Position numbers and translations under genes: made by a program. Under the pieces are notes generated by a model. It did no database searches. It saw nothing but the letters and a program-made list of their open reading frames with translations, and was not told where the DNA came from. This document shows positions 1 through 8,424 of a DNA stretch of 40,547 bases, piece after piece. The DNA is taken from positions 1 to 40,547 of IMG/VR virus record IMGVR_UViG_3300046007_001148. One strand, written 5' to 3'. Numbering within the stretch: position 1 is the stretch's first letter; the number at the start of each line of letters is the position of its first letter. Source of the stretch: a virus. Taxonomy: Duplodnaviria; Caudoviricetes.

Positions 1-288
1 GCTGCCCAGCGAGCTAACCACTGTGACATTGCCACTGGTTGTCAACGCACCGGCAGCAGTCACGGTAAAAGAGTTGGTTGCTGTGGTGACCACAGTGAAT
101 GTGCCGTCAACGCCGCCGCCGGATGTGTAGTCCAACGTCAGAGATTGGCCGACGTAGTAGCCGTGCGCAGTGGCGTTGATCGTAACGACAGTGCCGGTTT
201 GGGTGTATGTCGTCGTGAGGCTGGTCAACTCACCTGTTAATCGTGCCTCAATGGTGGCGCGGACGGTGTTGAGGTTTACAGCAGCCAT
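1..288 (-). CDS. Tail terminator/tail completion protein, N-terminal part (runs off window), with inserted beta-rich domain
   Basis: Own translation from ATG at 288 (ATGA overlap with upstream stop): MAAVNLNTVRATIEARLTGEL-TSLTTTYTQTGTVVTINATAHGYYVGQ...; open for 96 codons; position after the gp10-like gene. Confidence 0.65.
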   Translation of the reverse strand, partial: MAAVNLNTVRATIEARLTGELTSLTTTYTQTGTVVTINATAHGYYVGQSLTLDYTSGGGVDGTFTVVTTATNSFTVTAAGALTTSGNVTVVSSLGS

Positions 289-734
289 CAGCCTTGCCTC
301 CTGATGCGCTCCCAGTTCTGGTCTACGAAACGCTGCATCTCGCGAGCGGTAAGGTCCACCCATCCTGCCGGTGCTTGCGAGCTGTGGCCTTGGGCCAGTG
401 ACTCGGCGTAGGGCAGGTTGTTGTGCACGCTGTAGACATTGCCCAGCTTCTCGAACGTTGGCGTGTAGTTCACGCCCCGAGCCAACGGGGGCGCCGGGTT
501 TGCTGGTGGTGATGTGCGCGTCTTGCTGTTTGGGTCAGACGCCTGCTGCGGCCCAGCATCATAGATACCTGTGGTGTTCTCGCCAATTTGCCAACTGAAT
601 CGAAATCGGCCAGTGTCTACCGGGCTGCGCTCTTTGAGCTTGCGATCGGTTGCCAGCACTGTTGCACGCAGCAATTGCTCGACTTGATTTTCGCAATAGC
701 TGCCGATTTCGCCAATGCGGATGGAACGCGTCAT
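288..734 (-). CDS. HK97 gp10-like neck/tail-completion protein
   Basis: SPVDTGRFRFSW and NNLPYAESLAQGHSSQAPAGWV motifs; synteny. Confidence 0.8.
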   Translation of the reverse strand: MTRSIRIGEIGSYCENQVEQLLRATVLATDRKLKERSPVDTGRFRFSWQIGENTTGIYDAGPQQASDPNSKTRTSPPANPAPPLARGVNYTPTFEKLGNVYSVHNNLPYAESLAQGHSSQAPAGWVDLTAREMQRFVDQNWERIRRQG

Positions 735-1087
735 GCTCTTAGGATCAGCTCGTAGGTGATCGCGGTGTTGTCCTGCTCGATCGTGGTCACGCGGATGATC
801 TGATGCACCACGCTGCTGATCAGTACCTTATCGACCGTGGTCGGCGCCTGCGCCAAGTCAAATGCAGCGACGATCAGCTTCTTGTCGCCAGCCTGCACCA
901 GTTCATTCACCTCGCGTGCGTTGACCTGATCCAGCACGCCCTGAACCGCTGCATCGCTAGTGGTCTCGGTGATCGCACCTGTCGCGGTGTTGTAGGCGCC
1001 AGCAGCCACCGTGCGGATGGTCACAGCACCGCCAAGCTCTGCCATCAGCTTGCTAGCAACCTTCCGCAGCGGCTTGGCTAGGCTCAT
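731..1087 (-). CDS. Head closure / head-tail joining protein
   Basis: 118 aa beta-rich (GAYNTATG, VQAGDKKLIV), between adaptor and gp10-like gene; ATGA coupling. Confidence 0.7.
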   Translation of the reverse strand: MSLAKPLRKVASKLMAELGGAVTIRTVAAGAYNTATGAITETTSDAAVQGVLDQVNAREVNELVQAGDKKLIVAAFDLAQAPTTVDKVLISSVVHQIIRVTTIEQDNTAITYELILRA

Positions 1088-1296
1088 GCAGCCTCCAGTT
1101 GCATCTTGTCGCCGTCTTCGTACAACAGCCGGTCAAGGTCCTCTGTAGCGATGAACTCGAGCACCTGCGTGCCGATCGTTGGCGCCAGCTTCAGCTCACC
1201 GTCAAGCCTGATGACGAACGTATCATTGCCGTAGATCTGCAACAGGTCGATGCCTTGCAGGATCTGACCAGTGGCAACATCTAGGCGCGTCATCAT
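1084..1296 (-). CDS. Small virion-associated protein ending in LLYEDGDKMQLE motif
   Basis: Translationally coupled on both sides; motif shared with gpL insertion. Confidence 0.55.
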   Translation of the reverse strand: MMTRLDVATGQILQGIDLLQIYGNDTFVIRLDGELKLAPTIGTQVLEFIATEDLDRLLYEDGDKMQLEAA

Positions 1297-1502
1297 CAGC
1301 TCCTGGTAACGGTCAGCAGATTGTCGTTGGCGTCGTAGGTCATGGTCAGCGTGGCAACCAGCTTGCCGCCGGATCCGCCGCGGTAGTACTCGACCTCGGT
1401 CAGGTTGCCGCTGCCGTCGTAGGTATTGCTGATGTAGTCATGCGTAGGGATCTCAAGCCCTGCGCGCATCACTGCATCACCACCGCCTAGGAAATAGCTC
1501 AT
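1296..1502 (-). CDS. Small protein with two YD-like motifs
   Basis: TYDGSGNLT and TYDANDNLL; coupled start/stop overlaps. Confidence 0.65.
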   Translation of the reverse strand: MSYFLGGGDAVMRAGLEIPTHDYISNTYDGSGNLTEVEYYRGGSGGKLVATLTMTYDANDNLLTVTRS

Positions 1503-2062
1503 GACCGTCGGATTGCGATGTTGCCAGGTCCACTAAGTCTAAGCCCTGTCAGGTAACGCTCCATCAACGGCGGCACCTTATCGGCACCCACGGCGCCGTA
1601 GCCGTTGCTAGGTGTCACGTCAATGCTGCCGATCTTCACATTCTTGTAGTCTTCCAGCCCGCTCAGCCCCAGCGCGTCGGTGTTGTTGTTCAGGTACACC
1701 GCCAGCACGACCTCGGCATATTGCACCTGCACCGGGATCTCATTGTCGTCGAAGTAGTCCGTCGTGATGCGGAACGGAAACCCAACGGCGTAGGTGTTGA
1801 TGTAGGTGTCAGGCCGCCTCACGCCAGTCCGGGGCCATTGCAGCGCCTGGGTATCGGTGCTGCGTGCGCCTAGGAACCGCTCACGGTCGAGCCGTTGCGT
1901 TGCGGTGAACAACGCCCGATTCTTCTGATCCGTCGTTGCAGATGCCCATGCGATGACATCATCGTCTTGGATGAAGCCGTCAACTATCGCCTGCGCTGCT
2001 GCCAGGGTCAGGTAGCTGTTTGCGTCGGCCGCGCCTGGCGTGGCCACGATTGCGATTGCCAT
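1499..2062 (-). CDS. Head-tail adaptor (family often annotated DnaT-like ssDNA-binding protein)
   Basis: ANSYLTLAAA, QALQWPR, IPVQVQYA motifs; follows capsid genes. Confidence 0.8.
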   Translation of the reverse strand: MAIAIVATPGAADANSYLTLAAAQAIVDGFIQDDDVIAWASATTDQKNRALFTATQRLDRERFLGARSTDTQALQWPRTGVRRPDTYINTYAVGFPFRITTDYFDDNEIPVQVQYAEVVLAVYLNNNTDALGLSGLEDYKNVKIGSIDVTPSNGYGAVGADKVPPLMERYLTGLRLSGPGNIAIRRS

Positions 2063-2168
2063 CGTCAGGTTCCGGTATGTCTAGTTTAGGCTCCGCCATA
2101 GAGAAAGAGGCCACCTCCGTAGAGGCAGCCTCCCGTTCACGCAGTCGCCGAAAAGCGAACAGACCCAT
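1980..2168 (-). CDS. Small hypothetical protein (MGLFAFRRLRE type), overlapping adaptor gene
   Basis: TGATG coupling to upstream gene; N-terminus recalled from related phages. Confidence 0.55.
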   Translation of the reverse strand: MGLFAFRRLREREAASTEVASFSMAEPKLDIPEPDDGNRNRGHARRGRRKQLPDPGSSAGDS

Positions 2169-2569
2169 CAGACGCGCTTAAGCAGCACGGTGATGATCAC
2201 ACCAGCCAGAGCGGTGGTGGTGCCGGTAACGTCCAGAGACAGGCGGTCGCCAGCCTCCAGGATCAGGTTGGCGGTGGTGGTGGTCAGAGCAGGAGTTTGC
2301 TCGGTCAGAGCAGTGCCCTTGAAGTCGATTTTGGTGGAACCGAGCAGGTCATCACCAGCAGTGGCAGCCTCGGTGCCTTGGCAACGACGGATCGTGCCAG
2401 AAACAGCAGAGCCGTCACTGCCGGCGGTGGTGTGCACTTCACGGATGCTCACCACTTCGCACTTCACCGGAGCGGTGAAGAACTGCACATCAGCCACCGA
2501 AGAGGCGATGTAGTGGGTAGCAGTGATGTACTGCTCAGTGGACAGCTCGAACTGGGAAGGTTGTGCCAT
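2168..2569 (-). CDS. Probable capsid decoration/cement protein
   Basis: 133 aa beta-rich ORF directly after major capsid gene. Confidence 0.6.
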   Translation of the reverse strand: MAQPSQFELSTEQYITATHYIASSVADVQFFTAPVKCEVVSIREVHTTAGSDGSAVSGTIRRCQGTEAATAGDDLLGSTKIDFKGTALTEQTPALTTTTANLILEAGDRLSLDVTGTTTALAGVIITVLLKRV

Positions 2570-2580
2570 GGCTAGTTACC

Positions 2581-3579
2581 TCAGTAGTTAGAAGTACAGG
2601 TAGCACGCACGATACCAATGTTTTTGGTCTCGTACACCTTCGTCCAGTTGCCAATCGTCGCCAGTTGTGCCTGGGTGGGATTGACAGTGCCGACAGTCCA
2701 CTTAGCACCAACCGGGTGGTAGCAGTAGTGCAGGTCGATCGACATGGCATCGCTCTTGGCGAGGATGTCACGATCGGTTTCGGTCTGCATTGCCATCTGC
2801 TCACCGCTGGCGATAGCGCCGGCAGTGAAGAAGTACACCGGATAGTTGGTGCTGGTAGGTGCCAGGTCGTCAGAGACGATCACGCGCAGACCCATGTAGG
2901 TCGGGACGCTCACCTCGCCGAAGGCAGCAGCAATCGAACCGCCCGACTGTGTGCTGGTGGTGCCACGTGCATCAGTGGTGGCGACATAGTCGATCGCTTT
3001 GCGCTCAACCAGGTCGTAGTAGATCGCCGAGTGCATGGCAACGGCGGTCAGCTTGTCGCCTTGATCGCCCAGCTTGGCGCGAACCTTCGCAACAGTGCGA
3101 GGGCTCAGGGTGCCCATGCCGGCCGTGTCAACACGCAGATCAGTGAACGCAGGGCTATCGGAACCGGTGAGGCTACCGAAGACACCTTCAAGGCACTTGA
3201 TCAGGTCCTTCTGCCGCTGGTTGGCGACATAGTCGGCCACCTTGGCGCCGATGGCAGCCATGGGATCAGCGCCAGCAGCCAGGGCTGCCAGGTCGCGGGC
3301 TTCCCATGCACGGCCACGGTGCAGGATCACGCCAACTTGTTTGTCAGCGGTGATCTTGCTAGGCGACAGGCTGGTGCTATCAGACAGCACCTCGAAGTCG
3401 CCGGACAGGTTGGCCTTCCAAAAAGGGACATTGATGTAGTCTCCACCCTCTGAAGCGTCCAGCTCAGCCATCGGCTGCACCACACCGCTAGCCAGGAAGG
3501 CGTCGCGCTGAGTGGTTTGCTCGATGACGTAAGGCGTAAAAACCTCAGGGATGATGATGTCAGAGCGAAGAGTCGCCAT
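2581..3579 (-). CDS. Major capsid protein
   Basis: MATLRSDIIIPEVFTPYV, GDYINVPFW, ETDRDIL, HPVGAKW motifs; follows scaffold gene. Confidence 0.93.
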   Translation of the reverse strand: MATLRSDIIIPEVFTPYVIEQTTQRDAFLASGVVQPMAELDASEGGDYINVPFWKANLSGDFEVLSDSTSLSPSKITADKQVGVILHRGRAWEARDLAALAAGADPMAAIGAKVADYVANQRQKDLIKCLEGVFGSLTGSDSPAFTDLRVDTAGMGTLSPRTVAKVRAKLGDQGDKLTAVAMHSAIYYDLVERKAIDYVATTDARGTTSTQSGGSIAAAFGEVSVPTYMGLRVIVSDDLAPTSTNYPVYFFTAGAIASGEQMAMQTETDRDILAKSDAMSIDLHYCYHPVGAKWTVGTVNPTQAQLATIGNWTKVYETKNIGIVRATCTSNY

Positions 3580-3600
3580 GATGAATCACCAGAAATGGTT

Positions 3601-3639
3601 TACGGTGTGGGCGCAGCCCGTATCACCAGCGCAGCCGGT
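3601..3639 (-). promoter_or_regulatory. Two tandem CUGCG-loop hairpins in capsid gene leader
   Basis: mRNA ACCGG-CUGCG-CUGGU (3639-3625, one G-U) and GGG-CUGCG-CCC (3619-3609). Confidence 0.55.
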
Positions 3640-3649
3640 TAGTTGCAGC

Positions 3650-4312
3650 TTAGCGGTTAGCGGTTGCCTTCATGCGCTCGTACAAATCACGATCAGTGCG
3701 GAATAGCCTTGCCTGCTCAGTCAGGTTGAACGATTCACGGCTGAACGGATTTGACATGCCAGTCGGGATGCTGCTGCTGACACCACCCGACGGCGCGCCA
3801 CTGCCTTGCGGCTTGGGTTGCTTCTGCATCCATGCCGGCAACGTCTTGGCCCATTCCTGCACTGGTGTGCGCTGGTAGCCATCGACCACGACGACAGTGC
3901 CATCGGGATCGCGCTCGATCTGATCGGCGCTCAGCTTGGTCTTGAGCACCATGTCTGGATCGTGCACGATGTCAGCCAATGCCGTCACGGCTGGTGTGAC
4001 CAGCTCCAGCTCACGCACACGGGCCTCGAGTGACGCAATGCGCTGGTCCTTTTCCGCCGTCGCCTCACGGTACTGCTGCTCCAGAGCCTGTCGCGCCTCT
4101 TGATACTTGCCTTGCGACTCAAGCTGCTGCTGTTCATAGTTGCGCTTGAACTCCAGTAGTTCATTGACATCTACGCCATCAGGAACAGCAGGCCCTTTCT
4201 TTGCAGCGCGCAGTTCAGCAATCAGTTCTTTGTTCTTGCGTTCTAATGCTTCAACGCTTCGTTGCAAATCCTCAGTTGCCGCAGGCTCCTGGGTTTGTGT
4301 TTCATCCGACAT
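3650..4312 (-). CDS. Capsid scaffolding protein
   Basis: Coiled-coil, KPQGSGAP linker, C-terminal NPF...NLTEQARL; precedes capsid gene. Confidence 0.88.
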   Translation of the reverse strand: MSDETQTQEPAATEDLQRSVEALERKNKELIAELRAAKKGPAVPDGVDVNELLEFKRNYEQQQLESQGKYQEARQALEQQYREATAEKDQRIASLEARVRELELVTPAVTALADIVHDPDMVLKTKLSADQIERDPDGTVVVVDGYQRTPVQEWAKTLPAWMQKQPKPQGSGAPSGGVSSSIPTGMSNPFSRESFNLTEQARLFRTDRDLYERMKATANR

Positions 4313-4330
4313 GAATAACCCGCAGGGTTA
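4273..4330 (-). promoter_or_regulatory. Two CUGCG-loop hairpins flanking scaffold start codon
   Basis: UAACC-CUGCG-GGUUA (4330-4316) 3 nt before ATG; CAG-GA-GC-CUGCG-GC-AA-CUG (4291-4273) inside the 5' coding region. Confidence 0.55.
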
Positions 4331-4361
4331 AGTACGCTGCCATCGTATCAGCTAGACTGCA

Positions 4362-4625
4362 ATGGCACGGGAATGGGACACACCAATCCGTGAACCGTGG
4401 AATCCGTTGATCAAGGCGTGCCTTAATGCCATCGACCGCCACGAGCACCTGTACCGCAGCACCGGCAACGGCTGGCACGCGGCCAAAGCGCATGAGCTGC
4501 GGCGGTATGTGTCAGAGCTGAAGGACTGGATTCACCAACAGGAATCAGTTACCACTTCACCTTGTCCGCCCAGTAGGCCGGGGACATCTTCCCGCGGGCA
4601 ATGTTACTGGCGTGCCTTGCCTTGA
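4362..4625 (+). CDS. Hypothetical protein on opposite strand within head operon
   Basis: Trp/His-rich helical ORF filling an otherwise empty gap; TAGACT at 4353-4358. Confidence 0.65.
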   Translation: MAREWDTPIREPWNPLIKACLNAIDRHEHLYRSTGNGWHAAKAHELRRYVSELKDWIHQQESVTTSPCPPSRPGTSSRGQCYWRALP

Positions 4626-4821
4626 AGGATTCTCTCCTAGCCTTGGCCGCGGCTGATTCGCCTTCACGCGGTGGGCTGCCGCTGACGCCCTGCTGACCGA
4701 ACCTAATCAGCTTGACGGTCTCACCTTCCTTGGCGAGCACCACATGGGACTTGGTCGGGTGCCCAGGTGTCCGCTTGGGTTTGTTGTAACCCTCGAACTG
4801 CTCGCCGCGGTAGGTGATCAT
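4549..4821 (-). CDS. Small basic phage protein (FKARH...YWA type)
   Basis: GYNKPKRTP, KLIRFGQQG, FKARH, YWADKVKW; recalled from aquatic phages. Confidence 0.8.
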   Translation of the reverse strand: MITYRGEQFEGYNKPKRTPGHPTKSHVVLAKEGETVKLIRFGQQGVSGSPPREGESAAAKARRESFKARHASNIARGKMSPAYWADKVKW

Positions 4822-4982
4822 TTCTTTGGCTTGCGCTTCTTAGCAGTCTTTGCCGCAGCCTTGAACGCTGCAGCAGTTGGCCTGCCGGCTTCGCCTTTGC
4901 GCGCCATGCGCTCGTCACTGCCAGCTTCAATCCGCTCGCGCTTGGCGTGGATGTTGGCGTAAAGGCCAGGCTTCTTTGCCAT
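4818..4982 (-). CDS. Small basic protein, 54 aa (KPGLYANIHAKR type)
   Basis: Own translation MAKKPGLYANIHAKRERIEAGSDERMARKGEAGRPTAAAFKAAAKTAKKRKPKK; ATGA coupling; below ORF-track cutoff. Confidence 0.75.
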   Translation of the reverse strand: MAKKPGLYANIHAKRERIEAGSDERMARKGEAGRPTAAAFKAAAKTAKKRKPKK

Positions 4983-4984
4983 GA

Positions 4985-5125
4985 TCACTTACCTTTGGGT
5001 TTACGGGCCTTGCCGGCTTTGGACAGGGCAATGGCGATGGCTTGCTTTTGCGGCTTGCCGGCCTTCATCTCGGTTTTGATGTTGGCCGAGATGGTCTTCT
5101 GGGAGCTACCTTTCTTTAACGGCAC
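4985..5125 (-). CDS. Small basic protein, 46 aa ([16 protein letters not shown] type)
   Basis: Own translation from GTG: [46 protein letters not shown]. Confidence 0.72.
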   Translation of the reverse strand: MPLKKGSSQKTISANIKTEMKAGKPQKQAIAIALSKAGKARKPKGK

Positions 5126-6329
5126 CGTACCTAGCGCGCAACTGATCTAAGGTTAGCTCTGACCCATCATCGCGAACGAGCTTCGTGATCGCTGCGCTAG
5201 GGCCGTACTTCTCGGACAACTTGTCAAAGTAGGCCACCTTGCCAGCGCCGAGGGCCTTTGCCTTGACCGCCAGCGGCTGCTTGGCTAACCACTCTCCGTA
5301 GGTGGTGTCGGCCGGCACCTGCCCACCAGCGCTTGCGCGGGTGCCCTCTGGTGGTGGTGTGAACCCGAGGCCCTCGTAGTCGATCACCGGCACTGTCGTG
5401 CTGCGGCAGTTGAAATGCTGCGGCGGTGTCGGGCCCTTGCCGTACTCAAACTGCTTGCCGTCCAGCGCCCGGCATATCGCGCTGGTCCTGGTGTCAAGCG
5501 TGGCGACGTAGCGATACTTGCTGGTGATGTCTGGGTTCGCCTCATACACTTGTTGGCTGGCGGTGTTGGCCACCTGGTTGATGCTCGTGCGAACGAGGGC
5601 AACCACCTGATTGTCGGCCACGGCTGTGGCTTGCCCGCCTGCGGCTACCAGTTGCCTGACGGTCTTGCCCTCCTCGCCGAACTGCAGGCTACCGATCAGC
5701 CGCTTAGCAATGGCTGGCGTTGTCTCGCCAGTCAGCAGCCCCTGCCGGACCACCTGGGAGAACCGCTCGGCCTGATCCACCGCAATGCCCCTGAACGCTT
5801 TGCTGATCACCTCGCCATTGGGCAGCGTGATCGTTGCACCCTTGGCCGCGGTGAGGCTGAAGGTGCCAGTGCCAGCCTGCTGCGCTAGGGCCTCTGCGCC
5901 ATAGACCGACTTGAACAGGTCATCCGATAGCGCGACCACATTCAGTTGCGTCGGATCGGTCGTGACCACGCTCTGTGCAAACTGCGGGCTAATCTCAACG
6001 GTGCGCACCGCATCCCGAGCACCAGCAGGCAGCGCACGCCGCAACTGGTCGGTGACAAACTCAGATTGCAACTGCGCGATGCCCTGCAGCTCGGTCGCCG
6101 TTAGCTCGGTCGCATCACCTGCCCATGTGCCGAGACTGTCCTTCAGTTGCGCAAGGATCGCCCGCAACCGTGCCGCTTTGACCGGCGCCGCTAACTCATC
6201 AATGGTGCGCAGTTGGTTGACAGCGTCGATGATGATGTCGTTGTAGGCATTGATGATGCGCCGCGCAACGCTATTGCTGTAGCGGTTCAGGTCAATTGCG
6301 TTGCGGTATAGCGCTTCTGGTGTGCTCAT
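5106..6329 (-). CDS. Minor head morphogenesis protein (SPP1 gp7 / Mu gpF family)
   Basis: [18 protein letters not shown] and PPQHFNCRS motifs. Confidence 0.92.
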   Translation of the reverse strand: MSTPEALYRNAIDLNRYSNSVARRIINAYNDIIIDAVNQLRTIDELAAPVKAARLRAILAQLKDSLGTWAGDATELTATELQGIAQLQSEFVTDQLRRALPAGARDAVRTVEISPQFAQSVVTTDPTQLNVVALSDDLFKSVYGAEALAQQAGTGTFSLTAAKGATITLPNGEVISKAFRGIAVDQAERFSQVVRQGLLTGETTPAIAKRLIGSLQFGEEGKTVRQLVAAGGQATAVADNQVVALVRTSINQVANTASQQVYEANPDITSKYRYVATLDTRTSAICRALDGKQFEYGKGPTPPQHFNCRSTTVPVIDYEGLGFTPPPEGTRASAGGQVPADTTYGEWLAKQPLAVKAKALGAGKVAYFDKLSEKYGPSAAITKLVRDDGSELTLDQLRARYGAVKER

Positions 6330-6646
6330 GAAATGATGCCAAGATGCTCGGGTCTGTACTGCGACCTGATGCTGACATTAGCGCCGCGGTTTAATGCACC
6401 CTGGACCGCTGCAGCAAAGGCGTCGTAACCGTTCTGGCCGTCTTCCATGATGCGCAGTTCGTCTACCTCATCAGCCTTGCCATCCTTGTACCAGGTCAGA
6501 CGGACGACAGCCAGGATCTCATCAGGAAGGTTGCATATCGTATAGTCCAGTTCCTGTTTCCTCGGCTTCTTCGGCTCCATCCATATCATTAGATCCACTA
6601 GCCAGTCTGTCAGCCGGTCCAGCAGACTGTAGATCAAGGCCCGCAT
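6326..6646 (-). CDS. Hypothetical protein overlapping portal 3' end (start uncertain: 6646 or 6589)
   Basis: Fills portal to gpF gap; ATGA coupling at 6326-6329. Confidence 0.65.
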   Translation of the reverse strand: MRALIYSLLDRLTDWLVDLMIWMEPKKPRKQELDYTICNLPDEILAVVRLTWYKDGKADEVDELRIMEDGQNGYDAFAAAVQGALNRGANVSIRSQYRPEHLGIIS

Positions 6647-7991
6647 TAGAGGTCGCCTCCAGCTCTTCATCCACATCAAAGTTATCGCCCAGCACGTCGC
6701 CTTCGGCTAACTCACGCAGCAAGGTCTCTTGGCTGATGACGCCTGCTACATACAGATCCCGGAGGCTGTTGATGTCTGCGGGCTCAAGGCGTGCGCCGAG
6801 GAAGTCGCGGTTGACGTAGCTGCTGCCTGCGGCTGCGGCATTGCCCAAGTAGGTGGCGTGCCACTGCAGGCAGTTGTCGATCATGTCCTGCATGTTCTGC
6901 GCGATCACCATCATGGTGCTGTCGCCTTGGCTGCGGTCGATGCGCTTTGCCTCAGCGGTCTCGGCGCTCAGCTTCTGACCCAGCACTGCTGACAGGCCCA
7001 ACTCGTTGATCTGCATCGCAAGCTGCTCAAGCCTGCGGAACTGCGACTCAAAGCTCTTGCCTGCTGGTTCGATGTACTCGGCACGTCCTTCGGCCGGGAA
7101 CGCGATCGCCTCGCCCGGTCCTGCTGATACTTCCTCAGCGCTTGACGGGAACCCGTAAAACGCCAGCATCGGCACTGCTGAGATGTGAAGCTGGTTGTCC
7201 AGATCGGACTGCACCTGGTAGGTCTTCAGGTTCAGTTCGGCGATGTCCTCCAGCGGCGGCCGCGACTCCATGAACCCATGGCGCTGGGCATAGGCGATCG
7301 TGAACGGGATCTCGCTCAGACTGGTGCGGCCCTCATCGACGACGGTGAAGTCACCGTTGTCTTGTTTGCGGTGGATCCGGTACTCGCCAGGCGTTAGCAC
7401 CCGGATCTGCTCGGCAGCCTTCTCGCCAAACTCGCCATCAGGCACGGTGACCACTTCAGCCAGCCGTAGCTGAGTCAGCACCTGCTTGCCCTCTTGCGTC
7501 TCGGTGCGCCAACCAAGGATCTGCCGCGGCGTGTAGGTCACCCAGTAGGGTCTACCCCCAGTAGCAGGTGCATCCACAAGTGTGCCAACGTGGCCATAAC
7601 GGACCATCTTTCTGGCTGCTTCATAGGTCCAGACGTTGAGGTCATTGCCTTGGAGATCGACATCAAATAGTTGCTCACGGATCACATCGGCAGTGTCATC
7701 CAACCGCACGGGCTTACGGGTCAACATGCCAGCCAGCATCCGCTCTAGGCGGATGTAGTACGGCGGGCAGACGCTACGGGCTAGGCGGTTGTCGTAGGAC
7801 TCATCCTGCTCGCGTGGCTCTTGCGGCAGGTAGCGGCGATGCTTCTTGCGCATCCCGTAGGTGCCCTGCAGCAGATCCTCGATCAGGATCCAATGCGGCT
7901 CTTGCGCAAACCAGGTCGTGTTCGGGTCAGAGACCTTGGTGACGGTGCGCTGTGCTAGCGGCCGGTCGTATGCGTTGAAGCCTGTGTACAC
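6522..7991 (-). CDS. Portal protein (DUF4055-type)
   Basis: YLPQEPRE, YDNRLARS, DVDLQGNDL, PPLEDIAELNLKTYQVQSD; downstream of TerL; GTG start. Confidence 0.9.
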   Translation of the reverse strand: MYTGFNAYDRPLAQRTVTKVSDPNTTWFAQEPHWILIEDLLQGTYGMRKKHRRYLPQEPREQDESYDNRLARSVCPPYYIRLERMLAGMLTRKPVRLDDTADVIREQLFDVDLQGNDLNVWTYEAARKMVRYGHVGTLVDAPATGGRPYWVTYTPRQILGWRTETQEGKQVLTQLRLAEVVTVPDGEFGEKAAEQIRVLTPGEYRIHRKQDNGDFTVVDEGRTSLSEIPFTIAYAQRHGFMESRPPLEDIAELNLKTYQVQSDLDNQLHISAVPMLAFYGFPSSAEEVSAGPGEAIAFPAEGRAEYIEPAGKSFESQFRRLEQLAMQINELGLSAVLGQKLSAETAEAKRIDRSQGDSTMMVIAQNMQDMIDNCLQWHATYLGNAAAAGSSYVNRDFLGARLEPADINSLRDLYVAGVISQETLLRELAEGDVLGDNFDVDEELEATSNAGLDLQSAGPADRLASGSNDMDGAEEAEETGTGLYDMQPS

Positions 7992-8020
7992 GACCGCTAG
8001 CTAGTGACAATGGTGTCAGT

Positions 8021-8164
8021 TTACGGCTTCAGTCCCTGATGGCAGGCGGGATGGTTGTGATGGGCTTCGGCGACCTGATCACGGCCCATGCTGACGCCAA
8101 CGGCGTAGATCATGAACAGAAGGGTCAGGGATGCGATGCGGTTGATCATGGTGTTGGTGGTCAT
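8021..8164 (-). CDS. Small membrane/secreted protein, 47 aa
   Basis: MTTNTMINRIASLTLLFMIYAVGVSMGRDQ...; one hydrophobic segment; ATG follows a UUCG hairpin. Confidence 0.6.
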   Translation of the reverse strand: MTTNTMINRIASLTLLFMIYAVGVSMGRDQVAEAHHNHPACHQGLKP

Positions 8165-8180
8165 GGTTGGGATGGTAGGA

Positions 8181-8192
8181 GCCCCGAAGGGC
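8181..8192 (-). other. GCCC-UUCG-GGGC tetraloop hairpin between two small ORFs
   Basis: C(UUCG)G stem-loop directly after stop at 8193; no U-tract. Confidence 0.5.
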
Positions 8193-8369
8193 TTAGGCGG
8201 GCAAGTGCTGCTGCAGTTGATGAACCCACATCTTGCGCTCATCGAAAGCGCGGATGCTTTGCAGATACCACTCGCGGTCGTTCTCGATCTTGGCCTGCCT
8301 GACTTGAGCGGCAAGCTCAACGGCTTCGGCTTCGTACCGAGCGATCAGAGCAGTGAGCTGATCCAGCAT
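8193..8369 (-). CDS. Small helical hypothetical protein, 58 aa
   Basis: Own translation MLDQLTALIARYEAEAVELAAQVRQAKIENDREWYLQSIRAFDERKMWVHQLQQHLPA; downstream of a sigma70-like promoter. Confidence 0.65.
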   Translation of the reverse strand: MLDQLTALIARYEAEAVELAAQVRQAKIENDREWYLQSIRAFDERKMWVHQLQQHLPA

Positions 8370-8424
8370 CTGAAGCGCAGCCTCTGGGCTGCCGAGTGGA
8401 GGACCGTTCGCCTCCGATGACCTA

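Noticed and set aside
2563-3453. 296-aa plus-strand ORF and other long antisense ORFs (9186-9881, 27081-27845, 19955-20557)
   Set aside because: Shadows of well-supported genes in GC-rich DNA, with no motifs.
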